The position numbers and the translations under genes were made by a program. 64,000 nt of DNA from an uncultured bacterium (GTDB taxonomy: Bacteria; Patescibacteriota; Minisyncoccia; Phycocordibacterales; GWA1-40-21), in contig CAWDSG010000002.1 in NCBI GenBank assembly GCA_963804975.1, positions 133,288 through 197,287 of the forward strand. The letters are read 5' to 3'. The stretch's first letter is position 1. Each line of letters opens with the position of its first letter. Under the pieces are notes generated by a model. It ran no database searches and was not told the origin of the DNA. It was given only the letters and a program-made list of their open reading frames with translations. Positions 1 through 9,320 of this stretch are shown here, one piece after another.

Positions 1-637
1 TTTTCTTCTCTTCAGTTTTTTCCTCTTCAATTTGTTTTGTTTGCGGAAGTATTTCGTTTTTATTGTCGGTTATTTTTAAATCCTTGATTTCATCTTCCCT
101 TTCTTCTTTTTTGAATTTTTTCCAGAACAGAATAGATTCCATTGTCAGCTTTGTTTCAAATACGATGAGGCATGCGATAACAATAAGCGCAAGCAGAATT
201 ATCATGCTTGCGTAAAAACCGAATAAATTTCCAAGCGGTGTGGAAATAAGCCAGCCGAGTTCTCCTCCTTTTGCGGTCCAGTATGTTTTTGACACAAGAT
301 CAATAAGGCCGAGACCCGAGACAAAAAATAATAACCCGCCAAAAACCTTGAGCCTGTTGAATTCTTTCTCTTCGGCTTTGAAGAATGAAACGGAAAGCAT
401 AAGAAAGAAAAGCGGTATAAGGAAATATCCTATGCCAAGAAGTGTGGAAAGCAGGGAATAGATATGGTCTCCGGCCGTACCTGCTTTTCCGAATGATGAC
501 AGGGTGAAGATTACAAAAAGCACAAAAAACGTGACCGCAATAATATCCTGTTTTGTATCGCTTTTTATCCTTTCCCACGAACTCGGTTTCTGGTCTGTTT
601 TTTTGCCATTTTTTTCTTTTTGTTGCTTTGAAGCCAT
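1..637 (-). CDS. DNA translocase FtsK-like N-terminal membrane domain (5' part only; gene runs off the window start)
   Basis: Minus-strand frame from ATG (rc of 635-637) reads MASKQQKEKNGKKTDQKPSSWERIKSDTKQDIIAVTFFVLFVIFTLSSFGKAGTAGDHIYSLLSTLLGIGYFLIPLFFL... with several TM helices and Gly-rich loops typical of the FtsK 4TM N-terminus. No stop is reached before position 1, which is why it is absent from the ORF track. Confidence 0.5.
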   Translation of the reverse strand, partial: MASKQQKEKNGKKTDQKPSSWERIKSDTKQDIIAVTFFVLFVIFTLSSFGKAGTAGDHIYSLLSTLLGIGYFLIPLFFLMLSVSFFKAEEKEFNRLKVFGGLLFFVSGLGLIDLVSKTYWTAKGGELGWLISTPLGNLFGFYASMIILLALIVIACLIVFETKLTMESILFWKKFKKEEREDEIKDLKITDNKNEILPQTKQIEEEKTEEKK

Positions 638-833
638 ATATCAGCCAATTATAACAAATCAACCGAATAATTTCCTGTTCACAATGAGATAATGACAAAA
701 AAATTGCAAAAATAAAATATTTACGGATGGATGCGAATTATTTTTTAGAGCCGATTATACGTTTAAATAAAGTCATATTTTTTGGTGCCGTCTTGCATGT
801 TTTTGGGACTTGTTTTCTGGCGTCATTTTATAT

Positions 834-867
834 TTGACAAATTCTAAAGGACATACTATAATGTCCT
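834..867 (+). promoter_or_regulatory. sigma70-like promoter TTGACA-17-TATAAT with a perfect inverted repeat AGGACATAC/TATAAT/GTCCT over the -10 (likely operator)
   Basis: TTGACA at 834-839, TATAAT at 857-862, palindrome 848-867. Further GGACAT-like half-sites at 909-918 and 883-893. About 100 bp upstream of the wHTH gene. Confidence 0.45.
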
Positions 868-962
868 AGAAGCATTAATTTGTCCTTAAGAGCCGTTAAA
901 GACACATAATAGGACATATAAAAGATACTCTGCGCATTATAAGACATTCAAAAATATTATTT

Positions 963-1793
963 ATGAACGAAGAAAAAAAAGATAATTTGGTAAGCTTGGA
1001 AACCCAAAATAATCCTGTAGTCAAAACAGATATTAATGTTCTGTTTGCCGGGGATTCTTTTGGCCTTTTTGTTTTTAAAAAGACAGAAAAAATAGTTACT
1101 GCCATATATCTTCTTACCGGACTTATGTCCGACAAAGAGCCGATGAAAGAAAAATTGCGAGACCTTGCCACCAACATGCTTTCAAATTCACTCCTTATGT
1201 CCGAGAGGGTATGGGGCGAAGAAACGTACCAAAAAAATCTTTCAAGCGCTCTCTGCGAAATGTCGGTTCTTTTTGACATCGCTGAGACCGCAAAAATGAT
1301 ATCAAAAATGAATCACAAAATTATCACCGATGAATTAAAAAAACTGCTTGATTTCCTTACCGTATCATCTTCAAATTATTCATCGGCGAAAATCGCTTTT
1401 CCTTCCGAGATGTTTGATGGGGACTACAGCTACACTCCCGAGCAGGCGTATCAAGCTGATAATCTTAACGCTTCAAAAGATGCTAATTCCGATAAATCAA
1501 ATCTTTTTCAAGGACAAGGACAGATAAAGGACATTCAAAAAAATATGCCAGCAAATAAAATGTCCTTAATGAAACCGGAAAAAAATAAGAGAAGCGTAAA
1601 GGACAAAAACAACAGGCAAGAAATAATTTTATCAATGCTCTCGGGCGGAGCAAAGCTTACGATAAAGGATTTTGCAAAAAATATAAAGAATTGCAGCGAC
1701 AAAACGATCCAAAGGGAGCTAATATCTCTGGTTTCAAAAGGAGTGCTGAAAAAAGAAGGGGAAAGGAGATGGTCAAAGTACTTTTTGGCATAA
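963..1793 (+). CDS. hypothetical protein with C-terminal winged-helix DNA-binding domain
   Basis: 276-aa ORF. C-terminus ...ILSMLSGGAKLTIKDFAKNIKNCSDKTIQRELISLVSKGVLKKEGERRWSKY resembles a wHTH. The palindromic promoter upstream suggests autoregulation. Confidence 0.55.
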   Translation: MNEEKKDNLVSLETQNNPVVKTDINVLFAGDSFGLFVFKKTEKIVTAIYLLTGLMSDKEPMKEKLRDLATNMLSNSLLMSERVWGEETYQKNLSSALCEMSVLFDIAETAKMISKMNHKIITDELKKLLDFLTVSSSNYSSAKIAFPSEMFDGDYSYTPEQAYQADNLNASKDANSDKSNLFQGQGQIKDIQKNMPANKMSLMKPEKNKRSVKDKNNRQEIILSMLSGGAKLTIKDFAKNIKNCSDKTIQRELISLVSKGVLKKEGERRWSKYFLA

Positions 1794-2520
1794 AATTTGC
1801 ATAAAAAGCATAAATTCTCAAAAAGCCAATAAGCTGCTAGCCGCAGCTTATTTCAGTTATCCACAGTTATGTATTTTGCTTGTTTTTGTGGCAAGATATA
1901 TAATATTAGCAAGATACGGGTTGCATTTAATCAAGATGCTGCCTCGTATCTCAAAACAAGACAAGCATGAAAATGCTCGTCTAATTTTAGGCGATTCGCA
2001 AGTTTCGCCTTGTACAGAAATACTGGTTCGGGCCTGCTCAAGCCCTATTGTCAGTGGTCGAGAACTTTGACAATTGAATAATCGGAATTACAGAAGGTCA
2101 GTTTTGTTCATGCAAACTAATCCGCTTTCTTGTGTCGAACTCATCCGCAAGTTTTTCAAATTTTTGAAAAAATAAATTTTTATCCGCTCAAGATAAAAAT
2201 TGCATTTGAGAATATGAGAGAGGGGAATAGTAGAAGAAGTCGCGCGGGCAATTCGCCGGCCGCGCGGTATCTCTGAATTTTTATCTGCCGTAGGTAGACG
2301 AAAGTTGGGAGAGTAGAGGCGATCGTCAGTTCAAAGATAAAAGGTTTTTAGTCGAAGTTTTTTATCTTGCTTGAACCGGAAAAATAGAACCTGAAAAATT
2401 CTTTTTTCGACACATCAAGTTTCACTGGCGGAAATATAAGAAACTCTTTCCAAAATTATTAGCTTTTATTAGTTAAGTGCGGGAAAGTTTTTCTTTAAAG
2501 TAAAAATTATAAATTCATTT

Positions 2521-5500
2521 ATGAAAAAATTAAGTTTAAGATTGGCAACATCAGCTGTCTCATTGGCAATGGTGTTTTCAATGGTAGGAATGACGGTTGC
2601 TCAGGCAGCCGCTCTTACGTCAGCGCAGATAAGCGCGATTGTTTCATTGCTTCAATCATTTGGAGCTGATGCTTCAACCGTTGCAAACGTTCAGGCCACC
2701 CTTAGCGGTACGTCTGTATCAATGCCTGCGATGACATCCGGTACATCTGCATACACTTTCACTTCTGATCTCACGATTGGAAGCACTGGTGCGGCAGTTA
2801 CAGCGTTGCAGAATATTCTTATCGCTAAAGGTGATCTCGTTATGCCGGCAGGCGTAGCGGAAGGTTACTTCGGAACGCTTACGCAAGCGGCTCTCGCCAA
2901 ATTCCAAGTTGCAAACGGTATTTCACCGGCAGCGGGATATTTCGGCCCTAAGACAAGAGCTGTCGTGAACGCAATAGGTGGGGTCTCTGTAAATCCTGTA
3001 ACAGGAATAGTGACTTCAGCCGGTTCGGTTTCAGTCGCTCTTGCGGCCACATCGCCTATCGGAGGCACTGTGGTATCGCCGTCAGCAACCGCTCTTCTTG
3101 CTCAGTATGTTTTTAGCGGCTCTGGCCAAATCAACAGCGTTGTCCTTCAGAGAACCGGTGTTTCGTCAGACAATACACTCAATAATGTGTACTTGTACCA
3201 AGGCGCAACCCGTCTCACTGATGCAGCGACAGTTGCAAACGGTATCATCAGTTTCAACAGTCCGAATGGTCTCTTTACGGTAAGCGGCTCAATGACAATT
3301 TCTGTCAGAGCTGATATCGCGACAGGCCAAGGAGGCGAGACAGTTGGTGTATCACTCATATCGCTTACGACAGCGGGTTCATCCGCAGCTGTAAATGTAA
3401 ATGTCTCAGGTTCAACTCAGACAATTGCAAATAACGCGACAGCAGCCGGAGTTACAATTGGTACAAATACCGTTGCAAACTCTTCGGTAAATGCCGGCAC
3501 GGTCAATTACAATATTTGGGCAGCTCCTTTGACGGTCTCAACACGAGCCGTCTATCTTGACGCACTTACGTTGAAATACATAGGTTCAGCTCCGGCATCC
3601 GCATTCCAAAACTTGTCACTTTTTGTTGACGGTTCAAAGGTAGGAACCGCAAGCATCAACAGCAACAATTTTGCTGTCTTTGATCTTTCGGCTTCTCCTT
3701 TCTCGCTTACAACAGGAGGTCACACAGTTGAAGTCCATGCGGACATCGTTGGTGGCGCAAATTACAATGGTTCATTCACTCTTCAGAATCAGGCGGACGT
3801 AATGCTTGCCGATTCTCAGCTTCAGGGTGTCTACATTGCAATTTTGAACGTAAGCTCATCCGTATTCTCACAGAATGTCGGAGGCACGGTTGCCATCAAC
3901 CCCGGTTCAATCACGGTTTCACAGGATCCTTCATTCAGCACTACACAGATTACTGGCGGTTCAACAAACGTTGCCATCGCCCAGTTTTTGCTGAAGGACT
4001 ACGGTGAAGCGGTCAAAATTTCACAATTGTCAGTACAGCCAACTCTCGCGAGTGCCTACATTGCAGGCGTAAGCAGCACAACGGCATCGTCATTGAATAA
4101 TGTCGGATTGTATGTAAACGGCTCTCAAGTAGGTTCACTCACGAACTGGACAGGCACTGCGATCACATTCAATCTCGGTTCATCCTTGGTTGTTCAGGCA
4201 GGCCAAACTGTCACATTGACAGTCAAAGCTGACTCAATCAATTCAGGATATCAGAATTACACAGCGGGCAGCTTATATGTCACTCTCTCGGGTGTTGCAA
4301 ACAACGCTCAAGGTTTGACTTCAAGCGCCATCTCAACTGTCCCGGCAACCGGAGTTCAAAGCACCACTTTGTCCTTGGGTTCTGGGGTGACATCACTCGC
4401 AGCAAATTCTGCGTATTCAAGCCAGCAAGTTCTTGCTAACTCAAGCGGTCCGGTGAAAATCGGTTCATTCATGTTGCAAGACGGTTCATTCGAAGATGTT
4501 CAATTGACAAACATTAATGTCGCTGTGGGAGGCACTCTTCCTTTGACAAGCTTGTCAAATCTGTACACTTCGGAGAATACGACACCTGTTAACCCGGCGG
4601 CTTCAAACAGCTTCTCGGTCAACGATGTCATCGCAAAGAACTCTTCAAAACAGATTGATGTCTATGCAAATGTCGGCCAGATTCCTTCAACACAAACGAC
4701 AGCTACAACTTCGATTGCTTTTGCTGGAAGCTTTGGTGGCACCACAGCAACAACATCTATTGGTGTTGGTTCTGCAACAAGCACTTTCGTTGTTCTAGCT
4801 GGAAATTATAGCTATGTGGTATCGCAATTGGTCTCGGCGATTAATGCTTCATCTACGTCATTGGTAACCGCTGCTGTTACTGCTACAGGCGCGACTTCAC
4901 AGACAATTACTTTGACTGCTAAATCAGCTGGTTCAGATGGAAATAAAATCAAGTATATAATTGCAGGAGCTGCTACTGGTACAATTAACGGAGGAGGATC
5001 AGGAGCAGGAGGTACAGGAACTCTTGCTGGCGGTGGAGGTGTCGCTTCAAGCGCGACAATTGTCACAACTTTGACTGTTACAGCTCAGGGTATGACAAGC
5101 CATTCGCCTGTAAGTTTCTCACCTTCTGCATCACAAGTAGGGCAGACAATTACAGTTACAAGCGGTGGAATGACTATCGCTGACGCTATCGTGAGCACTT
5201 CACCAATTTCTCAGCTTGTTGTCGGAGGTTCAACGTTCTCTGTTGCGGTCTACAACGCGGTTTCATCCGTGGGTAACTCAACAATTACGGAAATGGACTT
5301 CGCAACAGATAATAGCGATTCGGCAAGCAGCACGATTTCTTCGGTTACTGTGGGCGGCCAAACCGCTTCGGTAGTCGGAAATGTGGCTAAAGTTACCGGT
5401 CTTAACATCACTGTCCCTCAAGGACTTGCTGGTACGAATATTCCGGTTTCAGTCACTTACAACAATGTTGGTATAGGCGGTCTCCAGATAGATAATCAAG

Positions 5501-6111
5501 CAAGCAATGTGGAATTGACTCTTGTTAAATCGCAATCTGGCAGTTCGCAGGTTACTACATTAGGTCCTGATGCAAACAATCTTCCTGTCACAGCAAACTC
5601 AATGTATCTTGTCGCTTCAAAACCGACAATTACGGTTTCTGGGCCGGCAAGCAATATTTTGCAGGGTACACAGAACGTTATTAACGTTACAATATCAGCA
5701 GACAGCGCTGGACCAATAAGTTTGGGCCAATTGCCTATAGTGATATCGTTGGCAGGCAGCGGAATGTACATGGCATCTCAGACACCGGTTGTGAAAGTTG
5801 ACGGAGCTACTCTAAACGGCTCACTCTATGAGGCTCTTGCATCTTCATCACCAAACGATTCGGATACTGTGGACATAGTGTTTGGTCCTGAATACGGACC
5901 ATTCACTGGCACCCATACATTCCAGATCTACGTTAATTTATCCGGCAACATAACAAGCGGCACGTCTGTTCAGACGAAGCTTGATACAGCGGATCAATTC
6001 CTGTGGACTGATGTAAACGGCAGTGTTAACGATACCGGTCTAGATTTGGACGCTACAAACGTAACCAATTATCCAACTAACGCCATAACAGGCGTAAGTT
6101 CAGGTTCATAA
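2521..6111 (+). CDS. secreted cell-surface protein: signal peptide + peptidoglycan-binding domain + ~1000 aa S/T/G/A/V-rich repetitive region
   Basis: N-terminus MKKLSLRLATSAVSLAMVFSMVGMTVAQAAA (signal peptide). GSTGAAVTALQNILIAKGDL...GYFGTLTQAALAKFQVANGISPAAGYFGPKTRAVVN matches the PG_binding_1 fold. The rest is low-complexity Ser/Thr-rich. Confidence 0.8.
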   Translation: MKKLSLRLATSAVSLAMVFSMVGMTVAQAAALTSAQISAIVSLLQSFGADASTVANVQATLSGTSVSMPAMTSGTSAYTFTSDLTIGSTGAAVTALQNILIAKGDLVMPAGVAEGYFGTLTQAALAKFQVANGISPAAGYFGPKTRAVVNAIGGVSVNPVTGIVTSAGSVSVALAATSPIGGTVVSPSATALLAQYVFSGSGQINSVVLQRTGVSSDNTLNNVYLYQGATRLTDAATVANGIISFNSPNGLFTVSGSMTISVRADIATGQGGETVGVSLISLTTAGSSAAVNVNVSGSTQTIANNATAAGVTIGTNTVANSSVNAGTVNYNIWAAPLTVSTRAVYLDALTLKYIGSAPASAFQNLSLFVDGSKVGTASINSNNFAVFDLSASPFSLTTGGHTVEVHADIVGGANYNGSFTLQNQADVMLADSQLQGVYIAILNVSSSVFSQNVGGTVAINPGSITVSQDPSFSTTQITGGSTNVAIAQFLLKDYGEAVKISQLSVQPTLASAYIAGVSSTTASSLNNVGLYVNGSQVGSLTNWTGTAITFNLGSSLVVQAGQTVTLTVKADSINSGYQNYTAGSLYVTLSGVANNAQGLTSSAISTVPATGVQSTTLSLGSGVTSLAANSAYSSQQVLANSSGPVKIGSFMLQDGSFEDVQLTNINVAVGGTLPLTSLSNLYTSENTTPVNPAASNSFSVNDVIAKNSSKQIDVYANVGQIPSTQTTATTSIAFAGSFGGTTATTSIGVGSATSTFVVLAGNYSYVVSQLVSAINASSTSLVTAAVTATGATSQTITLTAKSAGSDGNKIKYIIAGAATGTINGGGSGAGGTGTLAGGGGVASSATIVTTLTVTAQGMTSHSPVSFSPSASQVGQTITVTSGGMTIADAIVSTSPISQLVVGGSTFSVAVYNAVSSVGNSTITEMDFATDNSDSASSTISSVTVGGQTASVVGNVAKVTGLNITVPQGLAGTNIPVSVTYNNVGIGGLQIDNQASNVELTLVKSQSGSSQVTTLGPDANNLPVTANSMYLVASKPTITVSGPASNILQGTQNVINVTISADSAGPISLGQLPIVISLAGSGMYMASQTPVVKVDGATLNGSLYEALASSSPNDSDTVDIVFGPEYGPFTGTHTFQIYVNLSGNITSGTSVQTKLDTADQFLWTDVNGSVNDTGLDLDATNVTNYPTNAITGVSSGS

Positions 6112-6159
6112 CCACTTGTGATCAAGCAGTAACTTCTGGTTATTGTTTGATGGTTAAAC

Positions 6160-6189
6160 AAAAATCCCCGAAAGGGGATTTTTGTTTTG
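6160..6189 (+). terminator. rho-independent terminator (AUCCCC-GAAA-GGGGAU + U-tract)
   Basis: aaaaatccccgaaaggggatttttgtttt immediately after the stop of the 2521..6111 gene. Confidence 0.8.
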
Positions 6190-6203
6190 CCAAAAAATCT
6201 CTC

Positions 6204-6240
6204 CCCCGAGGTTAAACCTCGGGGGAATTATCCACAGAAA
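6204..6240 (+). repeat. hairpin repeat copy 1 (left end of IS200-like element)
   Basis: cccccgaggttaaacctcgggggaattatccacagaaa. Confidence 0.8.
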
Positions 6241-6280
6241 TTTATAATAAAAATATTCTTTACTATATAATATGTAGCAA

Positions 6281-7027
6281 ATGCAAAGATCGTTGAATTT
6301 TTCCGAAGGCGAATATTATCATGTATACAACAGAGGAGTGGAGAAAAGAAAGATATTTATTGACCAAAATGATTATCAAAGATTTGTTCTTCTATTGAAT
6401 ATTTTTAACGGAAGCGAATCCGTAAATGTAAGGGATCTCAAAGAAAAATCGGAGCCCATAAGCCCTATCTACCGGCTCCGAGGTTTAACCTCGGGGGAAT
6501 TATCCACTTTGAAATTGGCAAAATCAGAAAAAATCAAAGAAAACCTTGTGGATATAGGGGTTTATTGCCTTATGCCGAATCATTTCCATTTTTTAATAAA
6601 GGAAATAAAAGAAGGCGGAATAACTGATTTTATGCATAAATTGACCACTGGTTACACGATGTACTTCAATAAGAGGTACGAAAGAGTGGGCTCTCTTTTT
6701 CAAGGCACGTTTAAAGCGGAGCATGCCGATACGGATGAATATCTGAAATATCTTTATTCTTACATACATTTGAATCCCATAAAACTGATCCAATCGGATT
6801 GGGAAGAAAAAGGGATACACGATATGAAAAGAGCTAAAAATTTTTTAAAAAATTACGAATATTCAAGTTATTGCAACTATCACAATCCGAAAAAATGCAA
6901 TTTGGGGATAATAAACAAAAAATCATTCCCGGAATATTTTTCTTTACCGAGCGATTTTGATAAAAATATATTTAACTGGATAAACCCCGAGGTTAAACCT
7001 CGGGGTAATTGTCCACAGAATTTTTGA
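6281..7027 (+). CDS. tnpA: IS200/IS605-type / RAYT-like Y1 (HUH) transposase TnpA, carrying an in-frame copy of the element hairpin
   Basis: Motifs YHVYNRG (N-terminal), CLMPNHFHFLI (HUH), YSYIHLNPIK (catalytic Tyr + NP). A ~40-aa insertion (…PIYRLRGLTSGELSTLK…) coincides with repeat copy 2. Confidence 0.75.
   Translation: MQRSLNFSEGEYYHVYNRGVEKRKIFIDQNDYQRFVLLLNIFNGSESVNVRDLKEKSEPISPIYRLRGLTSGELSTLKLAKSEKIKENLVDIGVYCLMPNHFHFLIKEIKEGGITDFMHKLTTGYTMYFNKRYERVGSLFQGTFKAEHADTDEYLKYLYSYIHLNPIKLIQSDWEEKGIHDMKRAKNFLKNYEYSSYCNYHNPKKCNLGIINKKSFPEYFSLPSDFDKNIFNWINPEVKPRGNCPQNF
6476..6507 (+). repeat. hairpin repeat copy 2 (internal, inside tnpA, in frame)
   Basis: ctccgaggtttaacctcgggggaattatccac. 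The loop is TTTAA rather than TTAAA. Confidence 0.8.
6985..7020 (+). repeat. hairpin repeat copy 3 (right end; overlaps the last 14 codons of tnpA)
   Basis: ccccgaggttaaacctcggggtaattgtccacagaa. Confidence 0.8.
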
Positions 7028-7061
7028 AAAACAAAATTTTTTATTGATAGAATAGGCCATA

Positions 7062-8588
7062 ATGATTTCAAAAAATAAATTCCATATTATGGCCGCCGTT
7101 ATCGCGGCAATTTCTTTTTTTGGTTTTATATTTGTAAATCAAGCATTTGCAAAAATATCTATTGTTGAGGTTATGTATGATGCTAAAGGAACTGATACCG
7201 ACAAAGAATGGGTTAAAATAGTAAATGACAATGAATCGGATTATGATATTTCTAAAATTAAATTAACTATCAATGGCAGTAATCACTTAGTAAAAGATCC
7301 TAACGGTTCAACTGTTATAAATAAAGGCGATTCTATTATTTTAGCGGATAATCCTGATAATTTTAAAATTAATTATCCCAATTATAACGGAAAATTATTT
7401 GATAGCGTTGTTTCTTTGACAAACACTTCCGGAACAGTGGCAATTAATTATAATGATACACTGATTGATTCAATGTCTTATGATTCTTCAATGGGGGCGT
7501 CTGGAGACGGTAATTCTTTACAAAAGATTGATAATGTCTGGAAAGCAGAAACTCCAACAATTGGCTTTCCCGAAGATTATGAACCGACTCAAAATCCTCC
7601 GGCCACGACCACCCCCGATAATTCAGATGATTCCGGTGATGCAAGTACAACTTCTACAACCTCGGCAACCTCAACCGCTACTACGACTGTTATCACCAAA
7701 ATAGTATACGTTTCAAGTCACGCAAGCCCGGAGGACTTGAGCGATTTGGAAATAACCCCGGCATTTGAGATTTCCGCGGGCAGGGAGAGAACAGCATCTG
7801 TTGGCGCGCCGGTGCAATTTTCCGCAAAATACAGCGCTTCACAGGATCTATCAATATATCCGCAGATATTTGACTGGTCATTCGGCGATGGCACATCGGC
7901 TTCAGGCAAAGATATTTCGCACATTTATAAATATCATGGTGATTACACGGTGATTTTGAATGGTACGTGCAACGGCATTGATTCCGTTTCTCGTACGACG
8001 GTGCATGCGCTTTCTCCCGATGTTTCGATTATTGCAATTCTAAACGGTGATGTACAGATTATGGATAATAGCGATACTGAAATCAATCTCGGCAACTGGA
8101 AGCTGAAAGATTTATCCGGCGAATTTATTTTTCCCGCAGATACCATAGTACTTCCGGGCAAAAGTATTATCCTTTCAAACGAAGATACAAAAATAAAAGC
8201 AGGCACGAATGACAAATTATATCTTTATAATCCTTCGGGCGGGCAAGTCGCCTTCGCAAATTTTTCGAATAATGAATTTCCATCCGCGTCTTCAAGCGAA
8301 GTTTTAAGCGGCATTGTTGAGGATAATTTAAACTCAACAGTGGAAAAAGCGGAGGCACTCGTGTCTCTTTTGAAAAAATATAATGCGTCTTTTCCGATAA
8401 AAAATATTCAAACGGCAAAGGCTTCCGCCACCGCGATAACTTCGATTTCGCTTGGCGACGGCAATCTGCTTCCGCAAAAGCAAAATATGGCGCAGACGGC
8501 ATCGGCCGCGGAGAGCTTAAATTTTTCCGCTGCAGCAACAACCTCCCGCGGATTCTGGGCCCGATTCAAGGAATTTTTCCATCTCTGA
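7062..8588 (+). CDS. secreted protein with two lamin-tail domains and a PKD domain
   Basis: Signal peptide. ISIVEVMYDAKGTDTDKEWVKIVNDN..ISKIKL (LTD-like). FDWSFGDGTSASGKDISHIYKYHGDYTV (PKD). Second LTD-like segment NLGNWKLKDLSGEFIFPADTIVLPGKSIIL. Confidence 0.7.
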   Translation: MISKNKFHIMAAVIAAISFFGFIFVNQAFAKISIVEVMYDAKGTDTDKEWVKIVNDNESDYDISKIKLTINGSNHLVKDPNGSTVINKGDSIILADNPDNFKINYPNYNGKLFDSVVSLTNTSGTVAINYNDTLIDSMSYDSSMGASGDGNSLQKIDNVWKAETPTIGFPEDYEPTQNPPATTTPDNSDDSGDASTTSTTSATSTATTTVITKIVYVSSHASPEDLSDLEITPAFEISAGRERTASVGAPVQFSAKYSASQDLSIYPQIFDWSFGDGTSASGKDISHIYKYHGDYTVILNGTCNGIDSVSRTTVHALSPDVSIIAILNGDVQIMDNSDTEINLGNWKLKDLSGEFIFPADTIVLPGKSIILSNEDTKIKAGTNDKLYLYNPSGGQVAFANFSNNEFPSASSSEVLSGIVEDNLNSTVEKAEALVSLLKKYNASFPIKNIQTAKASATAITSISLGDGNLLPQKQNMAQTASAAESLNFSAAATTSRGFWARFKEFFHL

Positions 8589-8739
8589 GCTTTATGGCTT
8601 TTTAAAAAATGGTATAATATGCGCATAAAAAACACATGTTTGATTCCACATTTTTTAAATTTTTGATCATCTTTATATTGATAGTGGGCCTGAGTTTTGT
8701 CGTTATGAATGTTGTCGGCCACTGATTCAAACGGAACGG

Positions 8740-8767
8740 TTGACATTCCTATTAATTTTGCTACTAT
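8740..8767 (+). promoter_or_regulatory. candidate promoter TTGACA-16-TACTAT upstream of rpsS
   Basis: ttgacattcctattaattttgctactat. Confidence 0.3.
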
Positions 8768-8804
8768 CTTAACTCAAGCTCTTCGGGGCTTTTAGAAAAA
8801 TAAG

Positions 8805-8926
8805 AAGAAAGCGACTATATTTTTCTTAACCCTGTGCAGTAAAAATCTTTAGATTTTATCACGCTAAATCGCGATGCTGCACAGGGTGAAGATTTTTATA
8901 GTCATTTTATTCCTTAAAAATCATTC
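8805..8926 (+). repeat. ERIC/MITE-like imperfect-palindrome intergenic element, copy A (variant), ends at the rpsS ATG
   Basis: 5' arm AGAAAGCGACTATATTTTTCTTAACCCTGTGCAG. 3' arm CTGCACAGGGTGAAGATTTTTATAGTCATTTTATTCCTTAAAAATCATTC. The ATG follows directly. Confidence 0.7.
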
Positions 8927-9268
8927 ATGGCACGATCGCTTAAAAAAGGACCGTATACGGACGAAAAACTTCTAAAAAAAATAGAAGACAAAAAACCGAT
9001 TGAAACCGGTGTTATTAAAACGTGGTCGCGAAGAAGCCAGATATCACCGGAAATGGTGGGTTTTATGTTTGGCGTCCACAACGGCAAGCAGCATATTGAG
9101 GTTCTTGTAACCGAAGATATGGTTGGTCACAGGCTTGGTGAATTTTCCCCCACGAGGAAGTTTACAAAACACGGCGGCAGGATGCAAAAGGATATTGAAA
9201 TGGCTGCGAAAGAATCCGAAACCAATGCGGCGAAAGCGGCAAAGGCCTCGGTAGAAGCCAAAAAGTAA
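8927..9268 (+). CDS. rpsS: 30S ribosomal protein S19 (with Lys/Ala-rich C-terminal extension)
   Basis: [12 protein letters not shown]...[52 protein letters not shown]. Confidence 0.93.
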   Translation: MARSLKKGPYTDEKLLKKIEDKKPIETGVIKTWSRRSQISPEMVGFMFGVHNGKQHIEVLVTEDMVGHRLGEFSPTRKFTKHGGRMQKDIEMAAKESETNAAKAAKASVEAKK

Positions 9269-9320
9269 TATGCGAAAATTACGCTAAATTGCGAATAGCG
9301 GCGAAAATTTAAATTCAAAT

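Larger units (their letters stand above)
6204..7027 (+). mobile_element. IS200/IS605-family (Y1 HUH transposase) element with subterminal hairpin repeats
   Basis: Three same-strand copies of CCCCGAGGTTAAACCTCGGGG(G/T)AATT(A/G)TCCAC: 6204-6240, 6476-6507, 6985-7020. Copies 1 and 3 bracket a Y1-transposase gene, as the LE/RE hairpins of IS200/IS605 elements do. Confidence 0.65.

Noticed and set aside
2719-5771. Several 60-90-aa antisense and alternative-frame ORFs inside the 3.6-kb surface-protein gene (e.g. 2719..2907-, 4812..5066-, 5496..5771-)
   Set aside because: A GC-skewed repetitive coding region generates long spurious frames. The sense frame is continuous, with a signal peptide and a PG-binding domain.
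8590-8800. Possible small gene or ncRNA between the LTD/PKD gene and repeat copy A
   Set aside because: Only promoter-like boxes (TGGTATAAT at 8607-8615; TTGACA-16-TACTAT at 8740-8767) and a weak hairpin were found. There is no ORF with protein-like composition and no recognisable RNA family.
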